A DNA stretch of 64,000 nucleotides from Anaeromyxobacteraceae bacterium (GTDB lineage: Bacteria > Myxococcota > Myxococcia > Myxococcales > Anaeromyxobacteraceae), in contig JASGHJ010000002.1 of assembly GCA_047602405.1 (NCBI GenBank), forward strand, positions 1,152,001 to 1,216,000, read 5' to 3'. A model generated the notes under the pieces. It saw nothing but the letters and a program-made list of their open reading frames with translations, searched no databases and was not told the DNA's origin. The position numbers and the translations under genes are program-made. This document shows, piece after piece, positions 1 through 10,100 of the stretch. Within the stretch, counting starts at the first letter, position 1, and each line of letters opens with the position of its first letter.

Positions 1-47
1 GCGCCGCCGCAGCTCCTGTCGACCCGGCGCGACCTCCGGAGGACGCC

Positions 48-1844
48 ATGAAGGAGTACGCCGCCCCGCTTCGCGACATGCGCTTCGTGCTGCGGGACCT
101 CGCCCCGCTCGACGAGGTGACCCAGCTCCCCGGCTACGCGGACACCTCGCACGAGCTCGTCGACGAGATCCTCAAGGAGGCAGGCAAGTTCGCGGCCGGC
201 GTGCTCTCGCCGCTGAACCGGCAGGGCGACAAGGTCGGCGCGAAGTGGAAGGACGGCGAGGTCACCACCGCGCCGGGCTGGAAGGACGCCTACCGGCAGT
301 TCGTCGACGGCGGCTGGAACGCGCTCTCCTTCTCGCCGGACCACGGCGGCCAGGGGCTCCCCCGCCTCGTCGCGACGCTCGTCGAGGAGATGTGGAACGG
401 CGCGAACATGGCCTTCGCGCTCTGCCCGATGCTCACGAAGGGCTCCATCGAGGCCCTCGAGCTGTGCGGCTCCGACGAGCTCAAGGAGCGGTACCTCGGC
501 AAGCTCGTCTCCGGCGAGTGGGCGGGCACCATGCTCCTCACCGAGCCGAACGCGGGCTCGGACCTCGCGGCGGTGCGCACGAAGGCGGTCCCGCAGGGCG
601 ACGGCACCTTCAAGCTCACCGGCCAGAAGATCTTCATCACCTACGGCGAGCAGGACCTCACCGAGAACATCGTCCACCTCTGCCTCGCCCGCACCCCGAC
701 CGCGCCCGAGGGCGTGAAGGGCATCTCGCTCTTCGTCGTGCCGAAGTTCCTCCCGGCGGAGGGCGGCGGCCTCGGCAAGCGCAACGACGTCCGCTGCGTC
801 TCGATCGAGCACAAGCTCGGCATCCACGGCAGCCCGACCGCCGTGCTCGCGCTCGGCGACGGCGAGGGCGCGGTGGGCTGGCTCGTGGGCGAGGAGAACC
901 GCGGCCTCGAGTACATGTTCATCATGATGAACGCCGCCCGGTTCCAGGTCGGCATCGAGGGCGTCGGCCTCTCGCAGCGCGCCTACCAGGCCGCGGTCGA
1001 CTACGCGCGGGAGCGGCTCCAGGGCACCGAGCTCGGCTCGAAGAGCCGCGACCGCGTCGCCATCGTCCGCCACCCCGACGTGCGCCGGATGCTGATGGAG
1101 ATGCGGGCCCGCACCGAGGCGATGCGGGCGCTCGCGTGCGTGGTGGCGTCGGCCACCGACGCGGCCCGGCTCCACCCCGACGCCGCCCGCCGGAAGGCGG
1201 CCGGGGCCTTCGTCGACCTCATGATCCCGGTCGTGAAGGGCTGGAGCACCGAGAACGCGAACCTCGTCACCTCGCTCGGCGTCCAGGTCCACGGCGGCAT
1301 GGGCTACGTCGAGGAGACCGGCGCGGCGCAGCTGTACCGCGACGCGCGCATCACCACGATCTACGAGGGCACGACCGGCATCCAGGCGGCGGACCTCATC
1401 GGCCGCAAGGTGGCGCGGGACGGCGGCGCGGCGCTCCTCGCGGTGCTCGGCGAGATGCGCGCGACCGAGGCCGCGCTCAGGAAGGAGGACGGCTCCGCGC
1501 AGCAGGCGATCGCGGCCCGGCTCGGGGAGGGCATCGCCGCCCTCGAGAAGGCCGGGCGGTGGGTCGCGGCCACCTTCGCGTCCGACGTCCGCCGCGCCGC
1601 GGTCGGTGCGGTCCCGTTCCTCGAGCTCGCCGGCGTCGTCGCGGGCGGCTGGCAGATGGGCCGGGCGGCGCTCGCCGCCGCGAAGCACCTGCGCGCCGGC
1701 GGAGGCGACGCCGCGTTCTACAAGGCGAAGCTCGTCACCGCGCGCTTCTACGCCGAGCAGGTCCTCGTGAAGGCCGCCGGCCTCGCCGCCGCCGTCACCG
1801 ACGGCGCCGAGGGCGCGCTCGCGATCGAGGACGAGCAGCTCTAG
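48..1844 (+). CDS. Acyl-CoA dehydrogenase (long, DmdC/AidB-like clade)
   Basis: GTMLLTEPNAGSD, GQKIFIT, EHKLGIHGSPT, QVHGGMGY and IYEGTTGIQA motifs; GGAGGA RBS upstream. Confidence 0.93.
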   Translation: MKEYAAPLRDMRFVLRDLAPLDEVTQLPGYADTSHELVDEILKEAGKFAAGVLSPLNRQGDKVGAKWKDGEVTTAPGWKDAYRQFVDGGWNALSFSPDHGGQGLPRLVATLVEEMWNGANMAFALCPMLTKGSIEALELCGSDELKERYLGKLVSGEWAGTMLLTEPNAGSDLAAVRTKAVPQGDGTFKLTGQKIFITYGEQDLTENIVHLCLARTPTAPEGVKGISLFVVPKFLPAEGGGLGKRNDVRCVSIEHKLGIHGSPTAVLALGDGEGAVGWLVGEENRGLEYMFIMMNAARFQVGIEGVGLSQRAYQAAVDYARERLQGTELGSKSRDRVAIVRHPDVRRMLMEMRARTEAMRALACVVASATDAARLHPDAARRKAAGAFVDLMIPVVKGWSTENANLVTSLGVQVHGGMGYVEETGAAQLYRDARITTIYEGTTGIQAADLIGRKVARDGGAALLAVLGEMRATEAALRKEDGSAQQAIAARLGEGIAALEKAGRWVAATFASDVRRAAVGAVPFLELAGVVAGGWQMGRAALAAAKHLRAGGGDAAFYKAKLVTARFYAEQVLVKAAGLAAAVTDGAEGALAIEDEQL

Positions 1845-2257
1845 GCCGGATCGCCGGCGCCGGCCCCGGCCGGCGCCGCCCCGCGCGCGCGGAGCCAGGC
1901 GCCGAGGAGCACGCAGGGGGCCGCGGTCACGACGAGCGCGACGGGGTACCAGCGCGGCCCCAGGTCGGGGTTCGCGACGGCGACCGCGAGGCCCGCGAGC
2001 CCGAGGAGCGTGCCGATCGCGGCGAGCCAGGCGGCGTGGCGCATCGGGCGCGCCGGCGCCAGCCGCGCGGTGATCCAGCCGCCGAGCACGGTGAAGGCGA
2101 CCCGGTAGGCCGTGGCGAGCCCGAAGAGGCCGTCGCTCATGCGCGCGCCCCAGGGCGGGTAGACGCCGGCGGAGTGCAGCGCCTGGTCCGCGGCGATCGA
2201 GAGGGCCGCCGTCGCGACGAGGCCCGCGACCACCGCGAGCACGCTCCGGCCCTTCAC
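1841..2257 (-). CDS. Small 4-TM hypothetical membrane protein
   Basis: GTG start overlaps the SRPBCC stop (GTGA coupling); four hydrophobic segments; LGPRWYPVALV motif. Confidence 0.75.
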   Translation of the reverse strand: MKGRSVLAVVAGLVATAALSIAADQALHSAGVYPPWGARMSDGLFGLATAYRVAFTVLGGWITARLAPARPMRHAAWLAAIGTLLGLAGLAVAVANPDLGPRWYPVALVVTAAPCVLLGAWLRARGAAPAGAGAGDPA

Positions 2258-2757
2258 GGCTTCACCCGGCCGGCGAGCAGCCGCTCGAGCTTCCCGAGCT
2301 CGCCGTCCCAGCCCATGACCGCGCGCTTCGTCCAGGTCTCGTCGTGCATCCGGTCGGTGGTGAGGAGGAGCTTCACGCCGCCGTCGGCGGGGTAGAGGTC
2401 CACCGTGACCTCCACGTCGTAGGGCGCGACCCCCGGGATGAAGTCGGCCGCGTGCTGGTAGACGAGCCGCCGGTGGGGCTCGACCACCGTGTAGCGGAGG
2501 CGGGCGGCGGTCGTGGTGGGCGCGTTCTGGGTCTTCATGAACGCGATCATCTCGGGCGCGACCGCGATCATGTCGTACTCGCACACGCCCCCGGGCCTCA
2601 CGTCGAGCGACCGGACCTCGACGCGGAAGCCGTCGGGTCCCCACCACGACTCGAGGCCCTCCTTCGTCGTCCAGAGCTCCCACACCTCCGCGAGCGTGCC
2701 GCGGAGCTGCCGGGTGAGGGTGATGCGGTCCTTCTTCTGCGCGGGGGACGTGGTCAT
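2254..2757 (-). CDS. SRPBCC/AHSA1-domain protein
   Basis: VWELWTTKEGLESWWGPDGF...LDVRPGG...GWDGELGKL pattern; ATGA coupling to ArsR. Confidence 0.9.
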   Translation of the reverse strand: MTTSPAQKKDRITLTRQLRGTLAEVWELWTTKEGLESWWGPDGFRVEVRSLDVRPGGVCEYDMIAVAPEMIAFMKTQNAPTTTAARLRYTVVEPHRRLVYQHAADFIPGVAPYDVEVTVDLYPADGGVKLLLTTDRMHDETWTKRAVMGWDGELGKLERLLAGRVKP

Positions 2758-3095
2758 GGCGCTCCGGGCGTGCGGGTACGGCGGTGGCGCTGGCGCTCCT
2801 CGAGGGCGCGCTCGAACCGGTCGAGGCGGCCCTCCCAGAGCCGGCGGTAGCCGTCGATCCACGCCTCGAGCCGCTGGAACGGCTCGGGGCGCAGCGAGTA
2901 CATGCGGCGCGGACCCTCCGGCCGGACCTGGACGAAGCCGGCCTCGTGCAGGATCCGCAGGTGGCGCGAGACGCCGGACTGGTGGATGTCGACCCGGGCG
3001 ACGAGGTCGTTCACCGACTGCTCGCCGGCGCGGAGCGCCTCCACGATGCGGAGGCGGTTCGGATCGGCGAGGGTCTCGAAGAAGGTGGTCTGCAT
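2754..3095 (-). CDS. ArsR/SmtB family transcriptional regulator
   Basis: FETLADPNRLRIVEAL...QSGVSRHLRILHEAGFV winged HTH; alternative start at 3143. Confidence 0.92.
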   Translation of the reverse strand: MQTTFFETLADPNRLRIVEALRAGEQSVNDLVARVDIHQSGVSRHLRILHEAGFVQVRPEGPRRMYSLRPEPFQRLEAWIDGYRRLWEGRLDRFERALEERQRHRRTRTPGAP

Positions 3096-3133
3096 GGCGA
3101 CGGCGGGGCGCTGGGTGGGCGAAGCACTGCGGT

Positions 3134-3157
3134 ACATATGCATCGTAGTGCATATGT
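3134..3157. promoter_or_regulatory. Probable ArsR operator (inverted repeat)
   Basis: ACATATGCA-N6-TGCATATGT perfect 9-bp AT-rich IR directly upstream of arsR. Confidence 0.7.
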
Positions 3158-3506
3158 GGACGCGATCGAGCGCCCGGGTGGGGCGCGGCTGCCCGGGGAG
3201 GGTGCAGCCGCCTGCCCGGTTCGCGCGCTGCGGCGGCTCGCCGCGGCGGTGAACTCGCCGGGATCGCTGCGATCGTGCGGGGGAGCGGCCGGCCCGAAGC
3301 TTGCTCTCCGGGTGGCCGGCTCGCGCCGGCTCCGCCCACTCAGCCGCGTCGGCGCGCGCCGCAGTGACTCACGGTCGGCGCGGGGAGGCTCCGGTCCAGG
3401 GAACCGGACCTCCTCGCGCCGGTCGGCCCGCACGCCGGCGCGTTCGACGCTGGGTCGACGCGATTGGGCTTGAACGTCCACCGCGCGGGGCGCATGGTCC
3501 CGCGCC

Positions 3507-4283
3507 GTGACCGAGCTGGACCCGCTGATCGCCGAGGCCCGCCTCGAGCACAACCTGAGGCGCGCGCTGCCGACGCTGGCGGTCGCGGCCGCGGTGGTCT
3601 TCTGCCACGTGCTCTACTTCGCGACGCCGGGCGGCGATCCGGGGTCGGTGCAGGCGCGGTGGGAGGGCCTGCTCGAGGTCGCGCACGAGGGGCTGTTCGT
3701 GGCGCTCGTCGCGCTGACGCTGCTCGTCTGGCACGCCGGGCGCGCGCGGCCGGCCCCCTGGCGCGCCGTGGTCCCGCCGGCCATCGCGCTGGTGGCCACC
3801 GCGGGGGGTGCCGTCCTCGCGGGGATCGACCAGCTCGTGACCGCGGCGATCACCCCCTACCTCATCGCGTCGTTCGGGGTGCCGCTCCTCGTCCGGCTCC
3901 CGATCTGGCAGGCCGCGGCGATCCAGCTCGCCGGGATGGCGCTGCTCGCGCAGGGGATCCTCGCGCACCAGGTCGCCGCGGCGGGGCGCATCTCCGCGCT
4001 CGTGAACGGCCTCTCGGTCTCCGCGCTCGGCGTGGCCCTCGGCGCGACGCTCACCCGGGCGTTCGAACGCGCGGAGGGGGCCCGCCTCGTCATCGCGCGG
4101 CAGGGGAAGGAGCTCGCGGAGCTGCGCGGCCTGCTCCGGATCTGCGCCTACTGCGGCCGCATCCACGAGGAGGGGAAGTGGGAGCGGCTCGACCACTACG
4201 TCGCGCGGCACACCGCCGCGGAGCTGTCGCACGGCATGTGCGAGGACTGCTTCGCGAAGGAGCTGGCGAAGCTGAAGCCCTGA
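3507..4283 (+). CDS. Multi-TM sensor-like protein with C-terminal CxxC...SHGxCxxC Zn-ribbon
   Basis: About 6 TM segments, a coiled coil, then GLLRICAYCGRI...W...Y...LSHGMCEDC. Confidence 0.8.
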   Translation: MTELDPLIAEARLEHNLRRALPTLAVAAAVVFCHVLYFATPGGDPGSVQARWEGLLEVAHEGLFVALVALTLLVWHAGRARPAPWRAVVPPAIALVATAGGAVLAGIDQLVTAAITPYLIASFGVPLLVRLPIWQAAAIQLAGMALLAQGILAHQVAAAGRISALVNGLSVSALGVALGATLTRAFERAEGARLVIARQGKELAELRGLLRICAYCGRIHEEGKWERLDHYVARHTAAELSHGMCEDCFAKELAKLKP

Positions 4284-4287
4284 GCCG

Positions 4288-4740
4288 TCAGGGCAGGGTG
4301 CCGTCGAAGGTGTAGAAGTGCTTCCCGTCCGGGTCGATGCGGATGGTGAGCGTCCCCTCCAGCCCCGCGAGCGCGCCGGAGCCCGAGCCGGGCACCACCG
4401 CGATGGTCAGGGCCTGGCCGCCCGGGGTCATCGTGCCGACGTGGGTGAGCATGAACGCGCCCTCGCGCCCCGCGAGCTTCCCCTGCACACGGTCGAGGGC
4501 GACGTAGGCGGCGAAGGCCTCCTTCACCGTCGACGAGGCCATCATCTCCCCCGCGGCGATCGCGTCGAGCTCGCCGTGGAAGGTCTTCTCGATCGAGAGG
4601 CGAGGGAACGCGCCGGGGCGGGGGTCGGCGATGGGCGCGACCTTCACGTCGAAGGCGCCGGAGGCGTGGAGCTTCATGCGGGTAGACTCCTTGGGCGCGG
4701 CGGCCGCGAGGGCCACGAGGGCGGCGGTGGCGAGGGTCAT
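4288..4740 (-). CDS. DUF3224 family protein (signal peptide)
   Basis: ASGAFDVK, KTFHGEL, YVALDRVQGKLAGREGAF, VVPGSGSGALAGLEG, GKHFYTFD. Confidence 0.85.
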   Translation of the reverse strand: MTLATAALVALAAAAPKESTRMKLHASGAFDVKVAPIADPRPGAFPRLSIEKTFHGELDAIAAGEMMASSTVKEAFAAYVALDRVQGKLAGREGAFMLTHVGTMTPGGQALTIAVVPGSGSGALAGLEGTLTIRIDPDGKHFYTFDGTLP

Positions 4741-4800
4741 GGCCGGAGTGTGACCGTACCCCGGGTTCGCGGCTTGAAGAAACGCGTCCTCGCCCGGTGC

Positions 4801-5349
4801 TCACCCGTCGTCGCGAGGGAGCACGACGAGCGTGACCCGCCCCGCGCGCCGCCACTCCTTCTCGAAGTCGGCGAGCTTGCGCTCCCGGGGCCCGCGCGCC
4901 GGATCCATGGTGCGCACCCGCCCCCGCACCGCGTCGAGCCCGGTCACCACCTCGTAGTGCGGGTACTGCTTGAAGAGGTGCCGCTGCACGACGCCCACGA
5001 GCACCGGCCGCCCGCGCGCGAGCTCCCGCTCGAGGTCGGCGCGCTCGCCCTCGAGCAGGAAGGCCTGGAGCCCCTGGCTGCGCGCGTAGTCGCGGAGCGC
5101 CACCGCGCGCAGGGGCTCGCCGGCGCCCCCGGCGGCCACCGCGATGGTGCGCTGGGGCACCGGCCGATCCCAGCGCGCCAGCACCGCCGCGAGCGCCGCG
5201 GCGCCACAGCCCTCGCGGCTCGTCTGCCGGACCGTGCGGACGCCGTCCGCGACGAGCCAGCCCGACCCCGCGGGCGCCGAGGCGGAGCGGGCGCCCGCGC
5301 AGGCGCTCGCGGCGAGCGCCAGGGCGGCCGCGAGCGCGAGGCGCCTCAT
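4801..5349 (-). CDS. C39-like cysteine peptidase lipoprotein
   Basis: Lipobox-like LAASAC; Q-x5-C (QTSREGCGAAAL), HYEVVTG and DPARG give the Cys-His-Asp triad; no ABC domain. Confidence 0.85.
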   Translation of the reverse strand: MRRLALAAALALAASACAGARSASAPAGSGWLVADGVRTVRQTSREGCGAAALAAVLARWDRPVPQRTIAVAAGGAGEPLRAVALRDYARSQGLQAFLLEGERADLERELARGRPVLVGVVQRHLFKQYPHYEVVTGLDAVRGRVRTMDPARGPRERKLADFEKEWRRAGRVTLVVLPRDDG

Positions 5350-5639
5350 CGCACGGTGAGCAGCAGGACCACGAGGAGGGCCACGATGATGGCGCCGCTC
5401 GTGATGTACACGCCGCTGTCGCCGCCCGCGTAACCGCCCACCTTCGGCGCCGCCGCGCGGTCGCGCTCGGCGTACCCCTGGACCTCGCCGGCCGCGGGCG
5501 CCGGGGTCGCGGCCGGCGCGGTCTCCGCCGGCACCGCCTTCGCGTGGGTACCCCGGGCGGGGCGAGGCTCCGCGGCGCGCGCGAGCGCGGGCGCGGAGAA
5601 GAGGAGGGCGAGCACGGCCCCCAGCACGAGCTTCCGCAT
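5346..5639 (-). CDS. Small secreted protein with AGG motif and C-terminal TM helix (PA2779-like, putative C39 substrate)
   Basis: Sec signal MRKLVLGAVLALLFSAPALA; ends YAGG-DSGVYITSGAIIVALLVVLLLTVR; ATGA coupling to the peptidase. Confidence 0.75.
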   Translation of the reverse strand: MRKLVLGAVLALLFSAPALARAAEPRPARGTHAKAVPAETAPAATPAPAAGEVQGYAERDRAAAPKVGGYAGGDSGVYITSGAIIVALLVVLLLTVR

Positions 5640-5772
5640 GATGGTTCCCCCTGGGAGGGCCCGCGCTCCGGCCGGGCGGCCGGGCGTGTCGATCCCTCCC
5701 GCTCGAAACCTCGGGAGGCACGGGCCAGGGCGCAACCTCCGCCGCCCGCGCCCGCCCGCCCGCGTCCCGGGC

Positions 5773-7117
5773 TCAGCCCGCCCGCGCCCCGAGCCGCCGA
5801 CGCACGAAGCCGATGTGCTCGCGCAGGACGTAGAACTGGTCGGCGAACGCCACCGGGAGCCTGAGCGCGTCGGCCCGGGCCTCCAGCGCGTCGAGCCGCC
5901 CCGCGAGCGCCGCCCCGTCCTCGCCGCCGCTCGCGCGCAGGTCGCGCTCGAGCTCGAGGAGCGCGCCGTAGATGCGCAAGAGCCGGAGCCGGATTCCGCC
6001 AGCGGTAGATCGTGGGCAGGAGCCGGAAGGCCGGGACGAGGAGGAGCACGAGCGGGACGAGGGCCCACAGGAACCGGTCGGCGAGGCTCGCGGCCCAGAA
6101 CGGGAGCACCTTGTAGAGCCAGCGCTTGCCCGACTGGTAGTAGCGCCGGGCGTCGTCGCTGAGGGGCAGGTCGTGCTCCCGTGCGGCGGGGAACTCCCCG
6201 GCCTTCGCGAGCAGGCCGGCGCGGCCGTGGACCTCGCGCAGCGTCTCGAGGAGGAGGTCGGAGATCGCGGGGTGCAGGTCGGCGCGCGCGACGAGCTCGA
6301 CGCTGGAGGCGGCGAGGGCGAGGTCCGCGGCGGGGAGGTTGGTCGAGAGCTCGAGGGCGCCCATGGGGATGACGAGGCGGTCGAGGTACGGGAACCTGCG
6401 GACGATGGCGTCGAGCTGCGAGAGCTGGATCGCGTGCAGCGCGGGGTGGCCGACCAGGCCCCGGATGACCTTCGGCGAGGCCGAGTCGCCCATGAGGAAC
6501 GCGGCGTCGACCTGGCCCTTCTGCAGCGCCTCGCCGAGGGCGTCGTCGTCGAGGTCGACGAACTCGGTGCCGTTGCCCGCCTCGACCCCGCTCGCCTTGA
6601 GGAGCGTGGTCGCGAGCACGCGCGTGCCGCTGCCCTCGGGGCCGACCACGAGCCGCTTGCCGTTGAGGTCGAAGAGCCGGTCGGGCGGATCGCCGCGCAC
6701 GATGATCCAGAGGGGCTGGCGCCCGATGGTGCCGAGCGAGGCGAGCTCCCGGCGGGCCTCGCCCGGCGCGGGGTCGGGCAGCTTCACGCCCACCTGCACG
6801 AAGCCCACGTCGACGTCGGCGGCCGGGTCGGAGAGCCGGCGCAGGTTCTCGAGCGAGCCGTGCGAGGGCACGAGTCGGACCGTGACCCCGCTGCGCTCCA
6901 TGGCGGCCCGGTAGCGCTCGGCGGAGCGCTGGAACGAGGAGCCGTCGGGCCCCGACGCGATCGTGATGGTCTTCGGCGGCGCGGGGCGGATCCAGTGCAG
7001 CACCGCCCAGACGCCCAGCGCGAGGACGAGGGCGAGCGGGATGGCGGAGAGGACGAGCTCGCGCCGGGAGGCGGTGGCGAGGAGCCGCCCGAGGCGGCCG
7101 GGGCTTGCCGGTTCCAT
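5773..7117 (-). CDS. TAXI-family TRAP solute-binding-like membrane protein; +1 frameshift at ~5994
   Basis: TIASGPDGS, GSLENL, GPEGSGT, LPFWAASL; deleting one T at 5994/5995 restores YRWRIRLRLLRIYGAL and joins ORF 5773-5979. Confidence 0.85.
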
Positions 7118-7181
7118 GGCTGGCCCCGGTCTTACCACGGAGACCGCCCCGGGCCGGCCCGGAGCGGTCGCCCGACCCCGG

Positions 7182-10100
7182 TCAGTTCGGGATCGGGTTG
7201 TGGCAGAGCGTGCAGTACGCCGGCTTGGGGTTCTCCGGCGGGTGCTTGAACGCCCAGCGCGTCGTGTAGGTCGTGCCCGTGGAGGTGGTCACGAGCCCGG
7301 CCGGCGCGTCGTGGCAGTTGCCGCAGTCGACCGCGAGCTTCGCGCCCGCGCGGTCCACGAGGAAGTGGCGGTCCACGGTGTACGTCTTCGTGTTGCCCTT
7401 GTACGACGCGGTCACCGACGTGAGCGTGTACGGGCGCGAGTCGCCGGCGCCGCTCGCCTTCGTGGTGGCCTTGTTCCAGGCGGTGCTGACGAGGTCGCTG
7501 CCGTACTCGTGGCAGGTGTTGCACTGCAGGGTGATGAGCGTGCCCACGCCCGCGGGCGAGTTGTGGTCGTAGCCGATCGCCGCCTTCCCGCCGATGCCGC
7601 CGGTGTGGCAGGCCGAGCAGGGGTTCGCCGCGGTGTCGGGGTGGGCCAGGTTCGCGAGGCCGGCCTGGACGTAGGTCGTGGGCGCCGGCGGGGCCGGGAC
7701 GTTGAAGCCGCCCACCGTCAGGAGCGCGGGGGCGCCGGCGCCGAGCCAGTTGGGCGCCGAGGCCGAGCCGGTGCCGGGCCAGTCGTGGCACTCGCTGCAG
7801 TCCTTCGTGGTGGAGGCGTTCGTGAACGTGGAGTGATCCTGGGCCGCGAAGGTCGCCCCGGGCTTCTCGCCCAGGTGGCACGCCGAGCAGCGCCCGGTCG
7901 TCGCGTTCCTCACGTACGGCGCGGTGGACGTGAAGCTCGCGTGGAACCGCGCCTGCGCCCACTCCTTGCCCGCGATGCCCGCGGCGGTCGAGGTGCCCGC
8001 CTGCGCGTGGCAGAAGTTGCACTCGTGCGTCGTGACGTTCGAGTTCGCGTGGTCGATGCGGGCGAGCGTCGTCGAGACCACGCCCGAGGCCGCGCTCGCG
8101 GTGGTCTTCGTGGTGGAGTCGGTCACCCCGGCCGGGAGGTTGTTGCCGGTGCCCTGGACCGTGCCGTTGCCGTTCGCGGTGCCGTGGCAGGTGGAGCAGG
8201 CCGCGTTCGTGCGGCCGGCCACGTGGTAGACCGACGCCTTCGACCACGCCGACCCCGAGGCCTTCGCGTCGGCCTGGTGGCAGGGGGCGCACTCGGCGCC
8301 CTTCACGCCGGTCGCCTGGTGGCTCATCCACTGCAGCGTGTTGGACGTGCCGTTCGCGCCCTGCGGGAACGCATACGCGACGGTGCCCTGGGTCGTGCCC
8401 GCGGGGGCCGAGCCCGTGTGGCAGGCGAGGCAGGCGGTGGGCTGGGCGGTGACCTTCGGGTGGAGCGCGCCGGTCTTCCACTGCGCCGCGGTCGAGGCGA
8501 CGGTGCTCTGCGCGAGCGCGGTCGTGTGGCAGACCTCGCAGGCCTGCTGCGTGAGGACGGCCGCACGGTGGGCCATCGCGTAGGTGGTCCCCGACGTCAC
8601 GTCGGCGGCCGTGCTCGCCATGAGCGGGTAGTGGCACAGGACGCAGTCGGCCGGGACGGCGGCGCCGATGTTCTTGTGGAACGCGCCGTCGTTCCAGGCG
8701 CCGCCCACCGCCGCGGGGCCGGGCTTGTGGTGGCAGGTCGAGCAGTCGAGGTCGTCGACGCTGTTCGCGGTGACCCCGTCGATCACCGTCGCGGCCTTGA
8801 AGGTCGCCGAGTGATCCATGGAGACGAGGTGGTTCGTCCCGGCCGCCTCCACGATGCCGCCCGGCCACATCGGCGCGTGGCAGTCCGAGCAGTGCGCGGT
8901 CGGCTGCGGCAGCGGCGACACCGCGCCGTTGAGGGTCGGCTTGTAGCCCGCGAGCGCGGTGTGGAAGGTGCCGGTGGTGAAGTCGAGCACGTTGCCGCTC
9001 GCGTCGTAGGGCGCGTGGCAGTGCCAGCACTTCGTGTTGTCGGGGGCGCTCTCCGGGCCCGGGCTCACGGCCGCCGGGATGCCGGCCGAGACGTGGGACA
9101 TGCCGCCGTAGAGCGTGAGCGAGGTCGAGGTGTAGCCGGTCACGAACGTGCCGGTCCGGGTGAGCAGGAGCTCGGTGATCGTGACCTTGGAGTTCGGGTC
9201 GGAGACGATGGTGGCGCCCGGGTAGCCGCTCGCGTCGCGCCAGTCGCCGCCGGGCAGCTGGTAGCTCACGTAGGCGCCGCGGGTCACCGTCTTCGAGTGG
9301 CAGCCGATGCAGTCGCCCTTGCCCGAGGTCGCGTGGTCGAAGTTCGGGGTCACGAGCGCCGCCCACTCCGCGGGCGTGTGGCCCGGCTGGAGGTCGAGCC
9401 GCTGGCTCATGTGGCAGGCCATGCAGGTGGAGGGCTTCCGCGCGGCGTGGTCGAAGCCCCCCTTCGCCCAGTTGTGGTTCGTGCCCCACTGGCCGGTGCC
9501 CGGGTTCGCGTGGCAGACCGCGCAGTCCATGCCGTTGCCGTGCTTCACGCCGGCCGGGTTCGTGCCGTAGTCGAACGGGCTCGTCTGGAAGGTCGTGGAG
9601 AGCCAGCCGGTGGTCGAGGTCGGGCGCTGCCCCTCGTGGCAGGGCAGGCAGGTGCTCGGCGTCCCCGCGGCGGCGGTGTGGAACTTGCCGCCCTTCCAGG
9701 ACGTGACGCCCGCGCCGGTGCCCGCGTGACAGGTCGAGCACTCGCCGGTCGCGCCGTTCGCGTGATCGAACGTGCGCTGCCCGGGCGGCGCCGTCACGGC
9801 GGTCGTGATCGCGGCCGTCGGGCGCGAGTTCGCGTGGCAGTCGAGGCAGGAGGCCGGCTGGGCGCCGAGCGAGGCGTGGTAGAGCGCCGCCGGGCCGTTG
9901 CCGGTCCTGGGCGTCGCCCACGAGGCCGCCGTGGCCCCGGGGGCCACGTGGCAGGCGCCGCAGTCGGACGTGAGGAGCGGCGTCGTGCCGGGCTTGCCGT
10001 TCACCCACGCGACGGCGTCGTGCTTCATCTCGCCGGAGGCCGGGCTGCGGGCCGGGCTCGTGGCGGTCGGGCCGACGAAGCCGACCGGCATCGCGTCGGC

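Noticed and set aside
3160..3500. Hairpin-rich intergenic region as an ncRNA
   Set aside because: Stems exist (e.g. 3377-3420) but there is no second copy, covariation or known motif; expected at this GC content
5773..7117. Programmed frameshifting or true pseudogenes (TAXI, SDR, hybrid kinase)
   Set aside because: No slippery heptamers or other decay; all three are single +1 insertions at GATC, better explained as sequencing error
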